DNA of 64,000 nucleotides, taken from NCBI RefSeq assembly GCF_004010195.1, contig NC_057720.1, positions 6,922,031 to 6,986,030 on the forward strand, given 5' to 3'. How positions within the stretch are numbered: position 1 is the stretch's first letter; each line of letters opens with the position of its first letter. Of the stretch, positions 61,155-64,000 are shown in pieces. The stretch is from Chiloscyllium plagiosum (lineage: Eukaryota). Below the pieces are notes generated by a model. The model searched no databases, was not told the DNA's origin, and was given only the letters and a program-made list of their open reading frames with translations. A program made the position numbers and the translations under genes.

Positions 61155-61805
61155 GTGGGGAGGCAATATCCTAGTGGTATTACTGTTGGAGCTTTAATCC
61201 AGATAACATTCTGAGGAACCTGGGTTCAAATCCTGACATGGCAGATGGTGGAACTTGAATTCAATAATAATCAGGAATTAAGAGTCTAATAGAACATAGA
61301 ACATAGAAAAGTACAGCACAGAACAGGCCCTTATGCCCACAATGTTATGCTGAGACTTAATCTTAATGTAAAATATAGTGACAACATACACACCCCTCAG
61401 CTCACTGCTATCCATGTGCACGTCCAGCAGTCGCTTAAATGTCCCCAATGACTTCGCTTCCACCACCACAGCTGGCAACGCATTCCATGCATTCACAACT
61501 CTCTGTGTAAAGAACCTACCTCTGTCTCCTTTATACCTTCCTCCTAATATGTTCAAACTACGACTTCTTGTACCAGTCAATCCTGCCCTGGGGAAAGGTC
61601 TGTGGCTACCATGAATCGATTTTCGGAAAAAAACCCCATCCTTCTCATTAATGTCCTTTAGGGAAGGAAACTGCCATCCTTACCTGGCCTTGCCTACATG
61701 TGACTCCAGACCCACAGCAACGTGGTCGACTCTGGGGCAATTTGGGATGAACAATAAATGCTGGCGTAACAAGTGATGCCAAATCTTCTGAGTGAATAAA
61801 AAAAA
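61155..61805 (+). mobile_element. tRNA-head SINE with central domain and LINE-derived tail, interrupted by a CR1 3' fragment (61290-61607, minus strand)
   Basis: B box GGTTCAAATCC (about 61222); AATGTCCTTTAGGGAAGGAAACTGCCATCCTTACCTGG core; tail CAATAAATGCTGGC...GAATAAAAAAA. Confidence 0.8.
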
Positions 61806-61858
61806 GCAAATTGTGAAAAGTAGACTTTGAATTAGATATCAACAAGTTTCCCTTCATG

Positions 61859-62013
61859 AGGTAAAAACAATGACTGCAGATGCTGGAAACCAGATTCTGG
61901 ATCAGTGGTGCTGGAAGAGCACAGCAATTCAGGCAGCATCCGAGGACAGGCAAAATCGACGTTTCGGGCAAAAGCTTTTTATTCCTGATGAAGGGCTTTT
62001 GCCCGAAACGTCG
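61859..62013. mobile_element. Family A element with a short fold-back arm consisting only of the hammerhead core
   Basis: 15-bp TSD AAGTTTCCCTTCATG at 61844-61858 and 62014-62028; core at 61985-62012. Confidence 0.9.
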
Positions 62014-62339
62014 AAGTTTCCCTTCATGTCAGTATGATCAGCAGTTGGAAATGGAACCCACATCAACCATTGGGAGTGGACCCCCAGAACGGTTGAAGAT
62101 ACAGTGATGGCGACAGGATCTTTTAGGAATCAATGCTATGATAGGATGGCCTGAGCATGCTTTTACTCATTCGGCACTAATCTTGAGGAGTGAAGAAAAG
62201 ATTTCCAGCTTGTCCCTGAATGATAAAACTCTGTAGATAAACCTCATCATTTTGACAAAACTCTTGGCAACAGAAAGAGAGAGAAGAAAAATCATCAAGA
62301 ATCAGGTGAAGGAAACCCTAAGGGTTCCCTGAAAAGTGG

Positions 62340-62830
62340 GTGCTGTAAATGTAATTTCTAATTAAACATTAGATTGTGAAGATTAAGATAATGCTTGTCC
62401 AAGATCTGGCATTACTTTGCATAATGATGTATTAGTTTTTAAGACATCCCCTTAAGGTGGCACTATCCCACATGTACCTCATTTGCATAGCAGCATTGCC
62501 GCTAATTAGAGTGGGCTGGCCAATGTTGATAATTATACAATCTGCCCATCTTGCTATTATATCCGCCTGATTGCTTCGCATCTGACATTTCCATTTAATT
62601 AATAACTGTTGCCAAAATTAAAGATTTTTATTTTTAAAATGATCTAATTCATTTTCACATTTGGAGTTTATAAATCCTGCATTAGACAGCTATTTCTGGA
62701 AAGTCATTCTTTCCTGATAATGTCGCATTGCTACAAAATGAGATTTTCATCCTGATGCTTTCCGTTGGCAGCCAGACAGAGATAAGAAAACCCGATCAAA
62801 TTTTAACTGATTGAGTTATCTAGAGTTGCA
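62340..62830. promoter_or_regulatory. Candidate conserved non-coding enhancer-like element
   Basis: Repeat-free and AT-rich; octamer ATTTGCAT at 62481-62488, CTAATTAG at 62502, TTAATTAA at 62595, several further TAAT cores. Confidence 0.35.
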
Positions 62831-63077
62831 ATGAATGGCTTCTCTGCTCAGTCCCCATTCTTTCGGCTCTTGCAGAATTATGCAGGGTCACCCTGGTGAG
62901 GTTTTGCTGTCACCTTGTAAGCTCTGCCCCATGGTATTGCAGCTCAGGTGGTATGTTGACCAGCCTGCCTGAATCAAACTGTTGTCGCAGGGAGTTTTCT
63001 AAAGCTTCTCATCCAAAAGTAGCTGATGCCACAGCAAAGACTGAGCTGCAGTGGCTCTCCCGCCAGTCCAAAACACA

Positions 63078-63512
63078 CAACATAGAACATAGAACATTAC
63101 AGCGCAGCACAGACCCTTCGGTCCTCGATGCTGTGCCGGCCTGTGGAACCAATCTGAAGTCCATCTAACCTACACTATTCCATTTTCATCCATATGACTA
63201 TCCAATGACCATTTAAATGCCCTTAAAGTTGGCGAGTCTACTACTGTTGCAGGCGGTGTGTTCCAGCCCCTACTACTCTCTGAGTAAAGACACTACCTCT
63301 AACATCTGTCCTATATCTATCACCCCTCAATTTAAAGCTATGTCCTCTCATGCTAGCCATCACCATCCAAGGAAAAAGGTTTTCATTATCTACCCGATCA
63401 AATATTTTGATTATGTTGCATGTCTCAATTAAGTCACCCCTCAACTTTCTTCTCTCAAACAAAAACAGCCTCAAGTCCCTCAGCCTTTCCTCAGAAGACC
63501 TTCCCTCCATTG
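63078..63512 (-). mobile_element. CR1 3' fragment
   Basis: ERRKLRGDLIE...FTQRVVGA; (TTCTATG) tail. Confidence 0.9.
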
Positions 63513-63814
63513 CACATAGAACAGAACAGTCCCTGGTGCTGATCAAATCTCAAATCCAGGCAGTATTTGAGAAAACAAGCATCGCAGCCTTGGCTTAACT
63601 TCACTCTTACCACTCAAAAGGAAAGCAAAATTTTCTCCGCACTTCGTTCTCACATTAAACTCTGTTGCAACCAAAGAATTTGACAGCATTTGCCCCAGTC
63701 CTGATGAAGGGTTTCGGCCCGAAGCATCGATTTTCCTGGTCCTGTCTGACCCCATCTTCGTTGCACTGGAGGGAAAGCAGAGGCCCTCAATAATAGCGAA
63801 CAAAGCAAACTACT

Positions 63815-64000
63815 GATTCAAACAGGAAGTTGCTGGAGAAACTCAGCAGGTCTGGCAGCATCAGTGGAGAGAGTAACAAGGTTGACCTTTGCAGGTCATT
63901 ATGAGTTTTCTCCAGAACTGACCCTATTGATGAAAGGTAAACCTGAAACATTAACTTTGTTTACTCTCAGCAAATGCTGCCAAATCTGTTGAGTTTCTCC
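63815..64000. mobile_element. Degenerate inverted family C element, cut by the window end
   Basis: GGAGAAACTCAGCAGGTCTGGCAGCAT ... ATGCTGCCAAATCTGTTGAGTTTCTCC. Confidence 0.7.

Overview
Eukaryotic DNA, dominated by repeats and apparently intronic or intergenic. The repeat content (HE1-type V-SINEs, HER1/CR1 LINEs, DeuSINE-like relics) points to a cartilaginous fish, most likely a shark; this is an inference from repeat recognition. I could not identify any host protein-coding gene. Nearly every recognisable ORF in the track is a decayed retrotransposon fragment. The window holds many CR1 LINE fragments, at least two lineages of Penelope-like elements (PLEs), an RTE and a Vingi/Ingi-like LINE relic, several SINE families, a TA-flanked Tc1/mariner-pogo-type MITE, a split solo LTR, minisatellites and two assembly gaps. 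The most striking signal is a set of about 30 short PLE-derived elements from four, possibly five, sequence families. Many retain a minimal hammerhead-ribozyme-like core, CUGANGA-N-stemII-GAA-[4-nt palindrome]-H, whose stem I pairing covaries between families. Many copies are fold-back palindromes that pivot at the hammerhead core and carry 13-16 bp target-site duplications (TSDs). Several repeat-free AT-rich islands may be conserved regulatory DNA, and there is one plausible 113-bp exon. All family assignments are by eye, without database searches, and the boundaries of old repeats are approximate.
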